DNA of 64,000 nucleotides from a virus (IMGVR_UViG_3300009537_000007:1-64000); one strand, 5' to 3'. Positions 8,739 through 16,531 are shown, counted from the stretch's first letter. Program-made: numbers and translations. Notes: generated by a model from the letters alone, not told the origin.

Positions 8739-8900
8739 ATAAATCTCTAAACTGGCGGGGGTGGGCTGTGCACCGCCCTTGTGGTCAAAACCACTAACCC
8801 CCAGACCTAGCCGTATCGAACGGCTTCCCCTTTGCGCCAGGGGCGCACTCCACGCTCGGCCCATAAATCTTTAAACCAAGATACCAGTGCTATCTCCTGA

Positions 8901-8922
8901 ATAAAAAGAGGGCCGGAGCCCT
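8901..8922 (-). terminator. intrinsic terminator downstream of the HTH regulator gene
   Basis: Minus-sense AGGGC-UCCG-GCCCU followed by CUUUUUAUU. Confidence 0.5.
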
Positions 8923-9000
8923 AAGGTGCTGCGCTCTTGAGGGGAGCTACAGATTTATTTCCGTGTAAATACAAGAAGAAAGGCGGTTGTTTAGAACGGC

Positions 9001-9234
9001 TCAAGAAACCTTCTTGTAAGATGAGGGGTCGGTTTCTCGCACTTTTTCCTTGTATTCGTCAATGTGTTTCATTACTCTATCCACCATCCGCAGGGAGCAG
9101 GAACGGCCACCACGAATGTCGGAAACGAAGTTGGGATCGCCGACCACTTCTATACCAAAGCGCGACGGCGGGACTTGATTTTTTCGCAGGAAAGCCTCCA
9201 CCCTCTCCACAAAAATGTTCTGAATGCTGTTCAT
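9001..9234 (-). CDS. HTH transcriptional regulator (repressor-like)
   Basis: MNSIQNIFVERVEAFLRKNQVPPSRFGIEVVGDPNFVSDIRGGRSCSLRMVDRVMKHI resembles small prophage regulators common in alphaproteobacteria. Divergent from the 9359 operon. Confidence 0.55.
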   Translation of the reverse strand: MNSIQNIFVERVEAFLRKNQVPPSRFGIEVVGDPNFVSDIRGGRSCSLRMVDRVMKHIDEYKEKVRETDPSSYKKVS

Positions 9235-9248
9235 GTGGTATATATTAA

Positions 9249-9261
9249 TAGGGAATTTCCT
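9249..9261. promoter_or_regulatory. palindrome site a (TAGGGAATTTCCT)
   Basis: Variant of TAGGAAATTTCCTA, located in the divergent control region. Confidence 0.4.
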
Positions 9262-9294
9262 CAGACGCAAGAAATTTATTTAGGTATTTTTTTG

Positions 9295-9323
9295 TTGCAA
9301 GAGTAGGAAAAATCCTTTACTAT
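9295..9323 (+). promoter_or_regulatory. sigma70-like promoter TTGCAA-N17-TACTAT for the 9359 operon
   Basis: The -35 TTGCAA (9295-9300) is self-complementary and could also serve a leftward promoter (TTGCAA-N16-TAAATT). The spacer contains palindrome site b. Confidence 0.4.
9304..9316. promoter_or_regulatory. palindrome site b (TAGGAAAAATCCT)
   Basis: Lies inside the spacer of the predicted rightward promoter. Confidence 0.4.
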
Positions 9324-9358
9324 TTTGTAAATCAAACAGGACAACAGGAGAGAAGTAA

Positions 9359-10294
9359 ATGATTTTTCAGCAAAAGACGAGTAAATCCAACGAGTCAGGG
9401 GGGGCGGTCGTTCCCATTTTCCCCAGTGACACTCTGGAAGGTTTCAGAAATACCCTGGAATCACTGATTGCCGACCCCGGCCCTGTTCCCTTCCATCAAC
9501 TGACCCTCGATCCAGACCGGGCCAAGATCGTGCTTGAGTATTATCCCGATCCATCATCCGGTTACAGGCAGCGTCCCAAGAAGCCAAAGGTCATTACACG
9601 ATACGCTTGTCAAATGACCGTAGGCGAATGGCGGGATACCTTGATTCCGATCATCTTTACGGCTTCCGGGTTTCTCGGAGACGGTCAGCACCGGCTGAAC
9701 GCAATTATCGAATCCGGCACCACCATTACCTGCTGGGTGGGCTTCGGCGACGACGACTTAAATTTCTTCGTCTACGACACCGGTTCAATCCGCACCAACA
9801 ACGACATCTTTTCCATCAAAGGTGTCCCCAACGCCAGTCTAGTTTCTGCGGCAGTCCACTGGGTCAACGCCTACGAATGCAGACAGATCAGCGTTGGGAA
9901 ATCTCCCACCGGTGCCACCTCAACCCGTGAACGTGCCTACAAATTCTATCTTGAACATGCCGACCTGCAAGCCAGCACACATGCTGGACACCTGTTCGGC
10001 CATAAACGACTCTCAAGTCCGTCCATCATGACCGCCCTGCACTATCTGGCGGCCAAGAAGAGCCGGGCCCAAGCCGATGTCTTCTTTAAGAAGGTCGCTA
10101 CGGGCGTCGGCTTTGAGAGCCAGCGGGACCCGGCATACAAGCTCCGGGAAAAACTGCTGGACAAGAACAACGGCCCGGCCACCCGCGCCGACTTGGTGAA
10201 GCATGTCGTTCAGGCTTGGAACGCATCTCGCACTAACAAGCCGGTGGGGCGCTGGAGTCGGGGTTCTGACAACTCTTTCCCGAGGTTCATCTAA
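9359..10294 (+). CDS. ParB/sulfiredoxin-fold protein with DGQHR motif
   Basis: AGGAG upstream. GFLGDGQHRLNAIIESG is a ParB-N/DndB-like DGQHR signature. Confidence 0.55.
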   Translation: MIFQQKTSKSNESGGAVVPIFPSDTLEGFRNTLESLIADPGPVPFHQLTLDPDRAKIVLEYYPDPSSGYRQRPKKPKVITRYACQMTVGEWRDTLIPIIFTASGFLGDGQHRLNAIIESGTTITCWVGFGDDDLNFFVYDTGSIRTNNDIFSIKGVPNASLVSAAVHWVNAYECRQISVGKSPTGATSTRERAYKFYLEHADLQASTHAGHLFGHKRLSSPSIMTALHYLAAKKSRAQADVFFKKVATGVGFESQRDPAYKLREKLLDKNNGPATRADLVKHVVQAWNASRTNKPVGRWSRGSDNSFPRFI

Positions 10295-11151
10295 TGGATT
10301 TCGGGGAAGTGTATCTGGATGCCGTAACATTTGGAGAGAGGATGCGGCAATTGGACCCGGCCAAGGTGAAAGCCTTGGTCGGTTCCATCCAGGAAATCGG
10401 CCTCCAGCAGCCCATCAGCATTTGGACGCCAAACGAGCATACGTGCGTGCTGGTGAGCGGGCTCCACCGGTTTGAGGCCGCCAAGGAACTGGGCTGGACC
10501 AAGATATCGTGTGTTTATGTCGATCTGGACAATATCGACCGACAGATACTTGAAATCGACGAGAACCTAATCCGTTCCGATCTGACGGAATTGGAGAAGG
10601 CGGATCACATTGCCAAGCGCAAAGAGCTTTTCGATCTCAAGCGTGCTACGGATATCCCCCCCATCCTGGACAGGCGGGAAGAGGTGGGTGGGAAAAGTTT
10701 GCCCACCCACCTCGACTCATCTGGCAGACCGAAAACCCCACAGCAGGAAAAGGGTTTTGCTGCTGATGTCGCGGAAAAGACCGGCGTATCCAAGCGCGGC
10801 GTGAATCAAGCCATAGCCCGTGCCCAAAAAATCGACCCCAAGGTGAAAGCCGAAATCATTGATCTGCCAGTCGCCGATACCGGCGTGGAGTTGGACGCCC
10901 TTGCCAGCATGACACCGGAAGAGCAATCGCAGGCCGTGGAGCGGGTCAAGAGCGGGGCGTCAGTAAATATACGCGAGGCCAAGGCTTTCATCAAAGGCAA
11001 CGAAGACGAGTTGGCTGAAGAGCGGGTGGAGAAAGAGCTTGCGGCAATGAAAAGCGCCTGGAACAAGGCCAGCGAGGCGGCCCAAGAGGCGTTTTTGCTT
11101 TGGATGAAAAAAGACCTTGAAACCCAGCTAAGAAAGAAAAAGGCAGGATGA
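10294..11151 (+). CDS. ParB N-terminal domain (ParB-like nuclease) protein
   Basis: VKALVGSIQEIGLQQPI, VSGLHRFEAAKELGW and EIDENLIRSDLTELEKA, with a charged helical C-terminal half. Confidence 0.75.
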   Translation: MDFGEVYLDAVTFGERMRQLDPAKVKALVGSIQEIGLQQPISIWTPNEHTCVLVSGLHRFEAAKELGWTKISCVYVDLDNIDRQILEIDENLIRSDLTELEKADHIAKRKELFDLKRATDIPPILDRREEVGGKSLPTHLDSSGRPKTPQQEKGFAADVAEKTGVSKRGVNQAIARAQKIDPKVKAEIIDLPVADTGVELDALASMTPEEQSQAVERVKSGASVNIREAKAFIKGNEDELAEERVEKELAAMKSAWNKASEAAQEAFLLWMKKDLETQLRKKKAG

Positions 11152-11399
11152 ACGAGCTAGAGAAGAAGATTTTAGATTATTGGTCCCTGTCGATGGAGCT
11201 TATGAAGGGGCCGTCATACAAAAAGAGATATACCCTGTTAAGAAAGTTGCGGGAAATCCGCGACAACACACAAAACGCGCACCTATGTAAGGCTGCTTCC
11301 AAGACGGTGGATATAACCAAGATTGGGATCACCGGAATTGTCGATTTGGTGCTGGCCGACAACAGGGTGGAGCCGCCGTCAGATGTGGAGACGACATGA
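11148..11399 (+). CDS. hypothetical protein (83 aa)
   Basis: ATGA-coupled on both sides. Confidence 0.55.
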   Translation: MNELEKKILDYWSLSMELMKGPSYKKRYTLLRKLREIRDNTQNAHLCKAASKTVDITKIGITGIVDLVLADNRVEPPSDVETT

Positions 11400-11551
11400 C
11401 TGAAGAAAAGAATTTCGCCGAGGAGTTTGCGGGCTACCTGGCCCCGGAGCGTGAATTTGAAAAAGAGGCCCTGTTGGAAGACCTGCGGCGTATCTCGCTA
11501 GGCTTCGGGGCCCTGGAGAGGTTACTGGAGAAATTGGCGAGGAAACTTTAA
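11396..11551 (+). CDS. hypothetical protein (51 aa)
   Basis: ATGA overlap upstream and TAATG overlap downstream. Helical acidic sequence. Below the ORF-track cutoff. Confidence 0.45.
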   Translation: MTEEKNFAEEFAGYLAPEREFEKEALLEDLRRISLGFGALERLLEKLARKL

Positions 11552-11811
11552 TGAGCGCATACGGAAAGGTGCCCGCGCCGCACATGGAAGGCGCAATAGA
11601 GAGATACATCGAACACAGGATTTATCCCGGGGGTTTTATGGCCGCGCTTCTTTCTAATGATCTAATCGGCGCGTTTGCTCGCGCCGACCACATCAATAGC
11701 GAAAAGATGCGAGAGTGGTCGGAATGGCTCTACAACGCAAAAATCCCTCATGAATGTTGGGGGTCGGCTGAGAAAGTAGCCAAGTGGCTTGAGGGCGGCA
11801 ATGACGATTAA
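11551..11811 (+). CDS. hypothetical protein (86 aa)
   Basis: Translationally coupled ORF; no family recognised. Confidence 0.55.
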   Translation: MSAYGKVPAPHMEGAIERYIEHRIYPGGFMAALLSNDLIGAFARADHINSEKMREWSEWLYNAKIPHECWGSAEKVAKWLEGGNDD

Positions 11812-12556
11812 ACTTTATAATGGCGAAGTTGAATTGGAATTTGACGAAGCCAAGCACCTTTACTACGCCAACGGCACACTGGTTGACCTGTCCTGTTCCG
11901 GTGCGCCTTACCCGCTGGAGTTTAGCTTGGCCGCAGGGTGGGCCGCCAAGATGATCGGCGAGGAACTGGATAAACGGATTATCCCTGGCAAGAAATACAC
12001 CTTCGATGAAATCCAGAAGAAGGAATTTATCAAGACCATCAAAGGAGCGTGGAGGAAAAGGCGTGACCAAGCGGCGGATATCGGAACCCTTGTTCATGAG
12101 TTTCTGGCCGAAGTGGCATCGGGAAAAACTCCAGAACTTCCAGTCAACAAAAAGGCCGCCAAGGCCTGTGAAGAAGCCCTCTTCTGGTATCAAGAAACCA
12201 TAAAGGAGCCCATTGCCGCCGAGGCCAAGGTCTATTCCCGGGAACACAACTACGCCGGGACGCTGGACCTGGACGCCAAGACGATTCGTGGCCGGGCCAT
12301 CGTGGACTGGAAGACCGGCAACCGGGTCAAGAAATACGGTGTAAAGCCGGAACATCTTGGCCAGACGGCTGGCTATCAGAATGCCCGCCAAGAAGAGGGT
12401 TATGGCCCTTACGACCTTCGCATCATCGTCCGTATCGACCGGGACACCGGAGAGATCGCGGTGCATGAGGCGTGGGATTTCGAGAGGGATTTCGAGTCCT
12501 TCAAAGCCGCGCTGACGCTCGGCAGGTTTGTTAACGCAGTTAAGGCAACATCTTAG
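11801..12556 (+). CDS. PD-(D/E)XK (RecB/Cas4-like) exonuclease
   Basis: GAGGG 5 nt upstream of the ATG at 11801. HNYAGTLDLD...AIVDWKTG is a D...D/E-x-K nuclease core. Confidence 0.6.
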   Translation: MTIKLYNGEVELEFDEAKHLYYANGTLVDLSCSGAPYPLEFSLAAGWAAKMIGEELDKRIIPGKKYTFDEIQKKEFIKTIKGAWRKRRDQAADIGTLVHEFLAEVASGKTPELPVNKKAAKACEEALFWYQETIKEPIAAEAKVYSREHNYAGTLDLDAKTIRGRAIVDWKTGNRVKKYGVKPEHLGQTAGYQNARQEEGYGPYDLRIIVRIDRDTGEIAVHEAWDFERDFESFKAALTLGRFVNAVKATS

Positions 12557-12565
12557 GAGAAAGAC

Positions 12566-12982
12566 ATGAGAATTTCAGGAGCATTCCCGTCCGACTACTT
12601 GAAGGCGGCTGACCTGCAGGGCAGGCCTTTCGTCCTCACCGTGAAATCGATCATCATCGATAAGATCGGCGACGACCAGAAGCCCATCGTTTATTTCAAC
12701 GAGACGGAGAGGGGGTTGGTTCTCAACAAGACCAACGCCAACAACATCTCTGTTATTTACGGCGACGAAACGGATATGTGGGTCGGCAAGCAGATCGAGC
12801 TTTATCCAGCCACCACCGATTATCAGGGGCGCACGGTTGATTGCGTGCGGATCAGGGCACCACAAGTGCGGCAGGCACCGATGCAGCAGCCAACGCCGCC
12901 GCCGCCGCAGCAGCAATGGGGTGGGGGGGAAGCATATCCGGGACCGGGACCTGGCGAATTAGATGATGAGATACCATTCTAG
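12566..12982 (+). CDS. single-stranded DNA-binding protein (OB-fold-like, DDEIPF tail)
   Basis: AGGAG upstream. P/Q/G-rich linker then C-terminal ELDDEIPF, the canonical SSB acidic tip. Confidence 0.6.
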   Translation: MRISGAFPSDYLKAADLQGRPFVLTVKSIIIDKIGDDQKPIVYFNETERGLVLNKTNANNISVIYGDETDMWVGKQIELYPATTDYQGRTVDCVRIRAPQVRQAPMQQPTPPPPQQQWGGGEAYPGPGPGELDDEIPF

Positions 12983-12993
12983 GAAATTTCCTA
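12980..12993. promoter_or_regulatory. palindrome site c (TAGGAAATTTCCTA, perfect)
   Basis: Perfect 14-bp palindrome that includes the SSB stop codon, 7 nt before the next start. Confidence 0.45.
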
Positions 12994-13000
12994 TACAGAT

Positions 13001-13300
13001 ATGAAACCAATCAGATCAAAAAAGCATCTGCTCTGGGTTAGGGAGCATTGGTGTATTGGGTGTGCCAAAGGGGGCCTCTCTTGGGCTGGGCGGGTAGTGA
13101 GCGTCGCTCACCACCTGCTCCGCTCAGGAGTTAGGGGGTGGGGGTTAAAAAGCGCAGATCAGTTTTCCATCCCCGTATGCCCCAAACACCATAGGGAAAT
13201 CCATGATTGTGGGGATGATTCTGAATATGTATGGGCGGCCAAGAAGCTGGCTCTGTCCAGCCCAGACAACAGGATCGTTGAAGCCGCGAGGATGCAGTGA
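13001..13300 (+). CDS. Cys/His-rich His-Me/HNH-like protein (DUF968-like)
   Basis: CIGC...AHHL...KSADQFSIPVCPKHHREIH pattern; family assignment is from memory. Confidence 0.45.
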   Translation: MKPIRSKKHLLWVREHWCIGCAKGGLSWAGRVVSVAHHLLRSGVRGWGLKSADQFSIPVCPKHHREIHDCGDDSEYVWAAKKLALSSPDNRIVEAARMQ

Positions 13301-13440
13301 TGGGTGAGTTGACAAAGATTGCTTATTTTCTCGCTTGGGCCGCCTTCTTCATGGTGTGTATAGTTTTATTTTGGGGCGACCCCGATTTATGGGATGCTTT
13401 TTGGAAGTGGCGTGGGTGGTGGATAAGGGTGTGGGCGTGA
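13300..13440 (+). CDS. small membrane protein (46 aa)
   Basis: TGATG-type overlaps at both ends. One TM segment, IAYFLAWAAFFMVCIVLFW. Confidence 0.4.
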   Translation: MGELTKIAYFLAWAAFFMVCIVLFWGDPDLWDAFWKWRGWWIRVWA

Positions 13441-13625
13441 TGGGCGGCGGGGGAAGTGGCGTGATATTGGGCATCTTGAACGCGGTAGTGGTTGTCGCGG
13501 CCTCTATGTTGGCGGGGCTGGTGTGGGGCAATTATTTAACCCCGAGTCACCCGTCATTATTTTGGATTGGTGTCGGGATTATTTGGGGTGTGGTTATACA
13601 GGTGGTGCTAAAGGACCCAGAATGA
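13440..13625 (+). CDS. small membrane protein (61 aa)
   Basis: Two hydrophobic segments (ILGILNAVVVVAASMLAGLVW, FWIGVGIIWGVVIQVV). Coupled starts. Confidence 0.4.
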   Translation: MGGGGSGVILGILNAVVVVAASMLAGLVWGNYLTPSHPSLFWIGVGIIWGVVIQVVLKDPE

Positions 13626-13822
13626 CTGAAATGATTGATCGAGTATTAGATATAATGCTGTCTCGCGGCCTTAACGCGACACAAGATGACGCCCGCGCCG
13701 CCATTGAGGCCATGCGGGAGCCGTCTGGGGCGATGAGCAATGCTGGGTGGCGGCAAATCAGTGCGGCGACCGACCCAGACGCCGTTTATCAAGCCATGAT
13801 TAACGAGGCCCTGAAAGAATGA
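13622..13822 (+). CDS. hypothetical protein (66 aa)
   Basis: ATGA overlap with the upstream ORF. Confidence 0.5.
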   Translation: MTEMIDRVLDIMLSRGLNATQDDARAAIEAMREPSGAMSNAGWRQISAATDPDAVYQAMINEALKE

Positions 13823-13853
13823 AACTCACAGAAACGGAAGATTTGGACAACTA

Positions 13854-14264
13854 ATGAAAGTTTACGTTCGCGTCGGCAACAATGCGCTTCACCCCGTAGG
13901 GGATGTGGCAGAGGAGTTCTTCGCCAAACTTAAGTGGGGCATGGATATGCTGGTCACAATATCCAGGCCTCGAAATCTAGCTCATCACCGCAAATTCTTT
14001 ACCATGGTCCACAAGGTTTTTCAGAACCAGGAAGTTTACAGAAGTGAGGATGATTTATTGGACGCTCTTAAAATAGCCATCGGCCATGTAAAGAGGATTA
14101 TCGTTAAGGGCGTAGAACACGTAATTCCCAAGTCAATTTCATTTGCCAAAATGGACCAAGATGAATTCGACGATTTTTACAAAAGAGCCGTTGATTTCGT
14201 AAGAACGGATGTGATCCCGGGCCTGGGTGTGGCTGAACTGGAAAATGAATTGGCTGGGTTCTGA
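13854..14264 (+). CDS. hypothetical phage protein (DUF1367-like)
   Basis: 136-aa ORF. RNLAHHRKFFTMVHKVF...SISFAKMDQDEFDDFY recalls DUF1367-type proteins (from memory). Confidence 0.5.
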   Translation: MKVYVRVGNNALHPVGDVAEEFFAKLKWGMDMLVTISRPRNLAHHRKFFTMVHKVFQNQEVYRSEDDLLDALKIAIGHVKRIIVKGVEHVIPKSISFAKMDQDEFDDFYKRAVDFVRTDVIPGLGVAELENELAGF

Positions 14265-15238
14265 TGCCGACTTATTATAGGCCTGGAGAGCGAAAGAACA
14301 TCAAGCACTGGATTGCCAGGGGGCGTATCCAGGGCGAAGAACACGAACACACGGCGCGGCAGGCGAAGAGCAGGAGAGATGCCCAAAGAAGCTGGGAACG
14401 ATACAAAGTAGCCATCATCGCTGCTAACGGCGGGCCCCAGGTAGGAGGCAAGACCTTTGGTGACGCCTATGTTTTATACAGGGCGACGGGAGGGCGCAGC
14501 CCCAACCAGATCAGATATATCGAAAGGATGCTGCCGGAACTGGAACACCTGCCCCTTGATGGCATAACAACCGGCATATTACACCGGCTTGCAATCGGCC
14601 TATACCCGGGCGCGGCCAATTCAACAAGGAACAGGCAGGTCTTGGTCCCCGCCCGTGCCGTCATCAACAAGGCTGCGGAAAGTGAATGGTGTTCACATAT
14701 CAGGGTAAGAAAGCTGCCTGAGGTGAAGCCAGCGAAGCGCAGGCCAGCCAAGGGCACAGAAGAATTGTTGCTGGAGAACACGGAAGGATACCAGCGTCTT
14801 TACCTCATGATGATATTTAGACAGGGGTGGAGAATGTCGGAAACGATAAATCTTAACTGGAGTGATATTGATCTGCAAAGACGAGAATTTAGTCTTTATA
14901 TACCAAAATCCAAGACCACAAAGCCGGTGCCAATGCACAACGATGTATTCGAGTTGCTGGTGAACATAGAGGTTAAAGAGGGGCCGGTGTTTCCGTGGGC
15001 TCACCCGTCAAGTGTAAACGAATGGCTGACAAGGTTGAGGAAAAGACTTGGGGTAAAATTTACGTCGCACATGGCTCGACATGAGTGGGCATCTGCTCGC
15101 AATCAAGACGGCTTTACTCCTTCCGACATGGTGCAGGCGGGGTCTTGGACTAGTCCGGCTTCGTTATCTTCTTATCTTGATGTGGACATGGATCATGCGA
15201 AGAATGTTCTGCATAGAAGGAGGGGAGCGGTGGCATGA
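14264..15238 (+). CDS. int: tyrosine recombinase / phage integrase
   Basis: RQGWRMSETINL (Arg), HMARHEWAS (HxxR), GSWTSPASLSSYLDV (catalytic Tyr region). Confidence 0.85.
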   Translation: MPTYYRPGERKNIKHWIARGRIQGEEHEHTARQAKSRRDAQRSWERYKVAIIAANGGPQVGGKTFGDAYVLYRATGGRSPNQIRYIERMLPELEHLPLDGITTGILHRLAIGLYPGAANSTRNRQVLVPARAVINKAAESEWCSHIRVRKLPEVKPAKRRPAKGTEELLLENTEGYQRLYLMMIFRQGWRMSETINLNWSDIDLQRREFSLYIPKSKTTKPVPMHNDVFELLVNIEVKEGPVFPWAHPSSVNEWLTRLRKRLGVKFTSHMARHEWASARNQDGFTPSDMVQAGSWTSPASLSSYLDVDMDHAKNVLHRRRGAVA

Positions 15239-15253
15239 AATATGTTCATGATT

Positions 15254-15266
15254 AAGGAAATTTATT
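15254..15266. promoter_or_regulatory. palindrome-related site d (AAGGAAATTTATT)
   Basis: Half-conserved copy between int and the small-ORF array. Confidence 0.3.
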
Positions 15267-15267
15267 A

Positions 15268-15444
15268 ATGCCAACAATACTATTGGTCATCCTGATATAC
15301 ACTAACGGGGTGTGGTATATCCCTGATGGATACTCCCCCCGGGAACAACCCTCAATGGAAGTGTGTGAGCGAAGGGCAGCGTTTGTCAGGGCGACTATCA
15401 ATGGCCGGGCCGTGGTGGATTGCGTGGAGGAACGAGAAAAATGA
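15268..15444 (+). CDS. small secreted/membrane-anchored protein (58 aa)
   Basis: Hydrophobic N-terminus MPTILLVILIY. Paralogous to the next ORF. Ends in a variant junction (EEREK stop). Confidence 0.45.
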   Translation: MPTILLVILIYTNGVWYIPDGYSPREQPSMEVCERRAAFVRATINGRAVVDCVEEREK

Positions 15445-15632
15445 AAACCTGGCTGTTGATATTCCTTCTCGTTGAACCGTCGGGAAACGAGCGATTGGAA
15501 GCATGGTCCTACCCAACACTGGAATTGTGCAGGGAGTATGAAGCTGTGATCCGGGGGCTTGACGCGGGGCGGTTAGTGTCGCGGTGTAAACTGGTGAACG
15601 TGTCCCCTGTTAAGGAACGAGACAATGAGTGA
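15441..15632 (+). CDS. small secreted/membrane-anchored protein (63 aa)
   Basis: ATGA-coupled. MKTWLLIFLLV N-terminus. Ends ERDNE inside a junction repeat. Confidence 0.5.
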   Translation: MKTWLLIFLLVEPSGNERLEAWSYPTLELCREYEAVIRGLDAGRLVSRCKLVNVSPVKERDNE

Positions 15633-15918
15633 CATTGTTGATCGGCTTCGCAGCGACCGCAATAGGTATTCCCGGCGTGCGGATATTGAGCAACAGAACC
15701 TCCGCTATGAAGCGGCTGACAAGATCGAACAGATGTTAGGCAAGGTTGAACGGCTACGGTATCTCTGCCGCCGCGCCGTTTGGACAATCGAAGAATGGTA
15801 TGCCCAGGATCAGGGTGATGTTATCGGGGATCAGACAGCAAGGGAGGCTGCTCACCGTGAGGTTGCGGTAGTGCGGGATATAGACGCCGCGCTGGCAGGG
15901 GAACGAGACAATGAGTGA
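15625..15918 (+). CDS. hypothetical protein, RLR..AADKIE-LL paralogue 1 (97 aa)
   Basis: Starts MSD at a junction repeat and ends ERDNE. Shares the RLR...EAADKIEQML motif with 15911 and 16776. Confidence 0.55.
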   Translation: MSDIVDRLRSDRNRYSRRADIEQQNLRYEAADKIEQMLGKVERLRYLCRRAVWTIEEWYAQDQGDVIGDQTAREAAHREVAVVRDIDAALAGERDNE

Positions 15919-16162
15919 CCAATGTCCGAAAAGTCGCCTGACGCGCTCACAAATAAAGCCATTGCCGGAACGCTTACGTGAGGATGCCCGGATACTTCGT
16001 GCGGCAGGGGGTTTCCCAATCACAACAGTAGAGTGTGAGGAGGCCGCCACCGAGATTGAACGGCTGCTGGCCGAGATTGAGCGGCTGCGGAAAAGTGTTA
16101 TTGAGGCCAACCAGCGGGTGCGGGAATTATTGCAGGATTCGGGGGAACGAGACAATGAGTGA
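15911..16162 (+). CDS. hypothetical protein, paralogue 2 (83 aa)
   Basis: Starts MSD and ends ERDNE. Motif ERLRED...EEAATEIERLLAEIERL. Confidence 0.55.
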   Translation: MSDQCPKSRLTRSQIKPLPERLREDARILRAAGGFPITTVECEEAATEIERLLAEIERLRKSVIEANQRVRELLQDSGERDNE

Positions 16163-16184
16163 TATACTTAACCAACTGCGTGAT

Positions 16185-16223
16185 TTGTTACCGGTAACAA
16201 AAAACATTTGTTTCCGGTAACAA
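16185..16223. promoter_or_regulatory. pair of 16-bp palindromes TTGTTACCGGTAACAA / TTGTTTCCGGTAACAA
   Basis: Perfect palindrome at 16185-16200; a one-mismatch copy at 16208-16223, 23 bp centre to centre. Upstream of a TGgTAAAAT extended -10. Confidence 0.4.
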
Positions 16224-16269
16224 AAAGATAGATTTATTTTCTCATTAGGTTAAGGAACTTTCGGCATCA

Positions 16270-16278
16270 TGGTAAAAT
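16270..16278 (+). promoter_or_regulatory. candidate extended -10 (TGgTAAAAT)
   Basis: Lies 29 nt upstream of the 16307 ATG, which has an AAGGAGG RBS. The -35 is weak. Confidence 0.3.
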
Positions 16279-16306
16279 GGGTGTAGGAAGATAAAAGGAG
16301 GCCAAC

Positions 16307-16531
16307 ATGAGGATCACAAAGTTAAAAAACGGCTACCGTATCAAACTGACTGACCTAGAATATGATGCCCTTCGCCAGGCGGCTGGTAACGGAAGCAACG
16401 GGGTTGACGCGCAAGATTTGGGGATTACGGGGCGGGGTGGTGTGTGTGCCTATAACCGGATAGCTCTGTGGGCTTTTAATGGGGCGGTGGATGAAAATCG
16501 GCGGGGCGATTTAAGCAATATGGCAATCTAA
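16307..16531 (+). CDS. hypothetical protein (74 aa)
   Basis: AAGGAGG 5 nt upstream. Confidence 0.6.
   Translation: MRITKLKNGYRIKLTDLEYDALRQAAGNGSNGVDAQDLGITGRGGVCAYNRIALWAFNGAVDENRRGDLSNMAI

Noticed and set aside
8753-8860. tRNA in the non-coding unit between the 16-nt repeats
   Set aside because: It contains AGCCG-UUCGAUA-CGGCU (T-arm-like) and a CCCCU-GGCGCAA-AGGGG hairpin. The spacing is incompatible with a cloverleaf and no acceptor pairing exists.
16155-16220. 21-aa ORF (MSDILNQLRDLLPVTKNICFR) starting at junction copy 3
   Set aside because: Very short, and its 3' half is the palindromic operator pair. It may be translated, but there is no evidence for a functional product.
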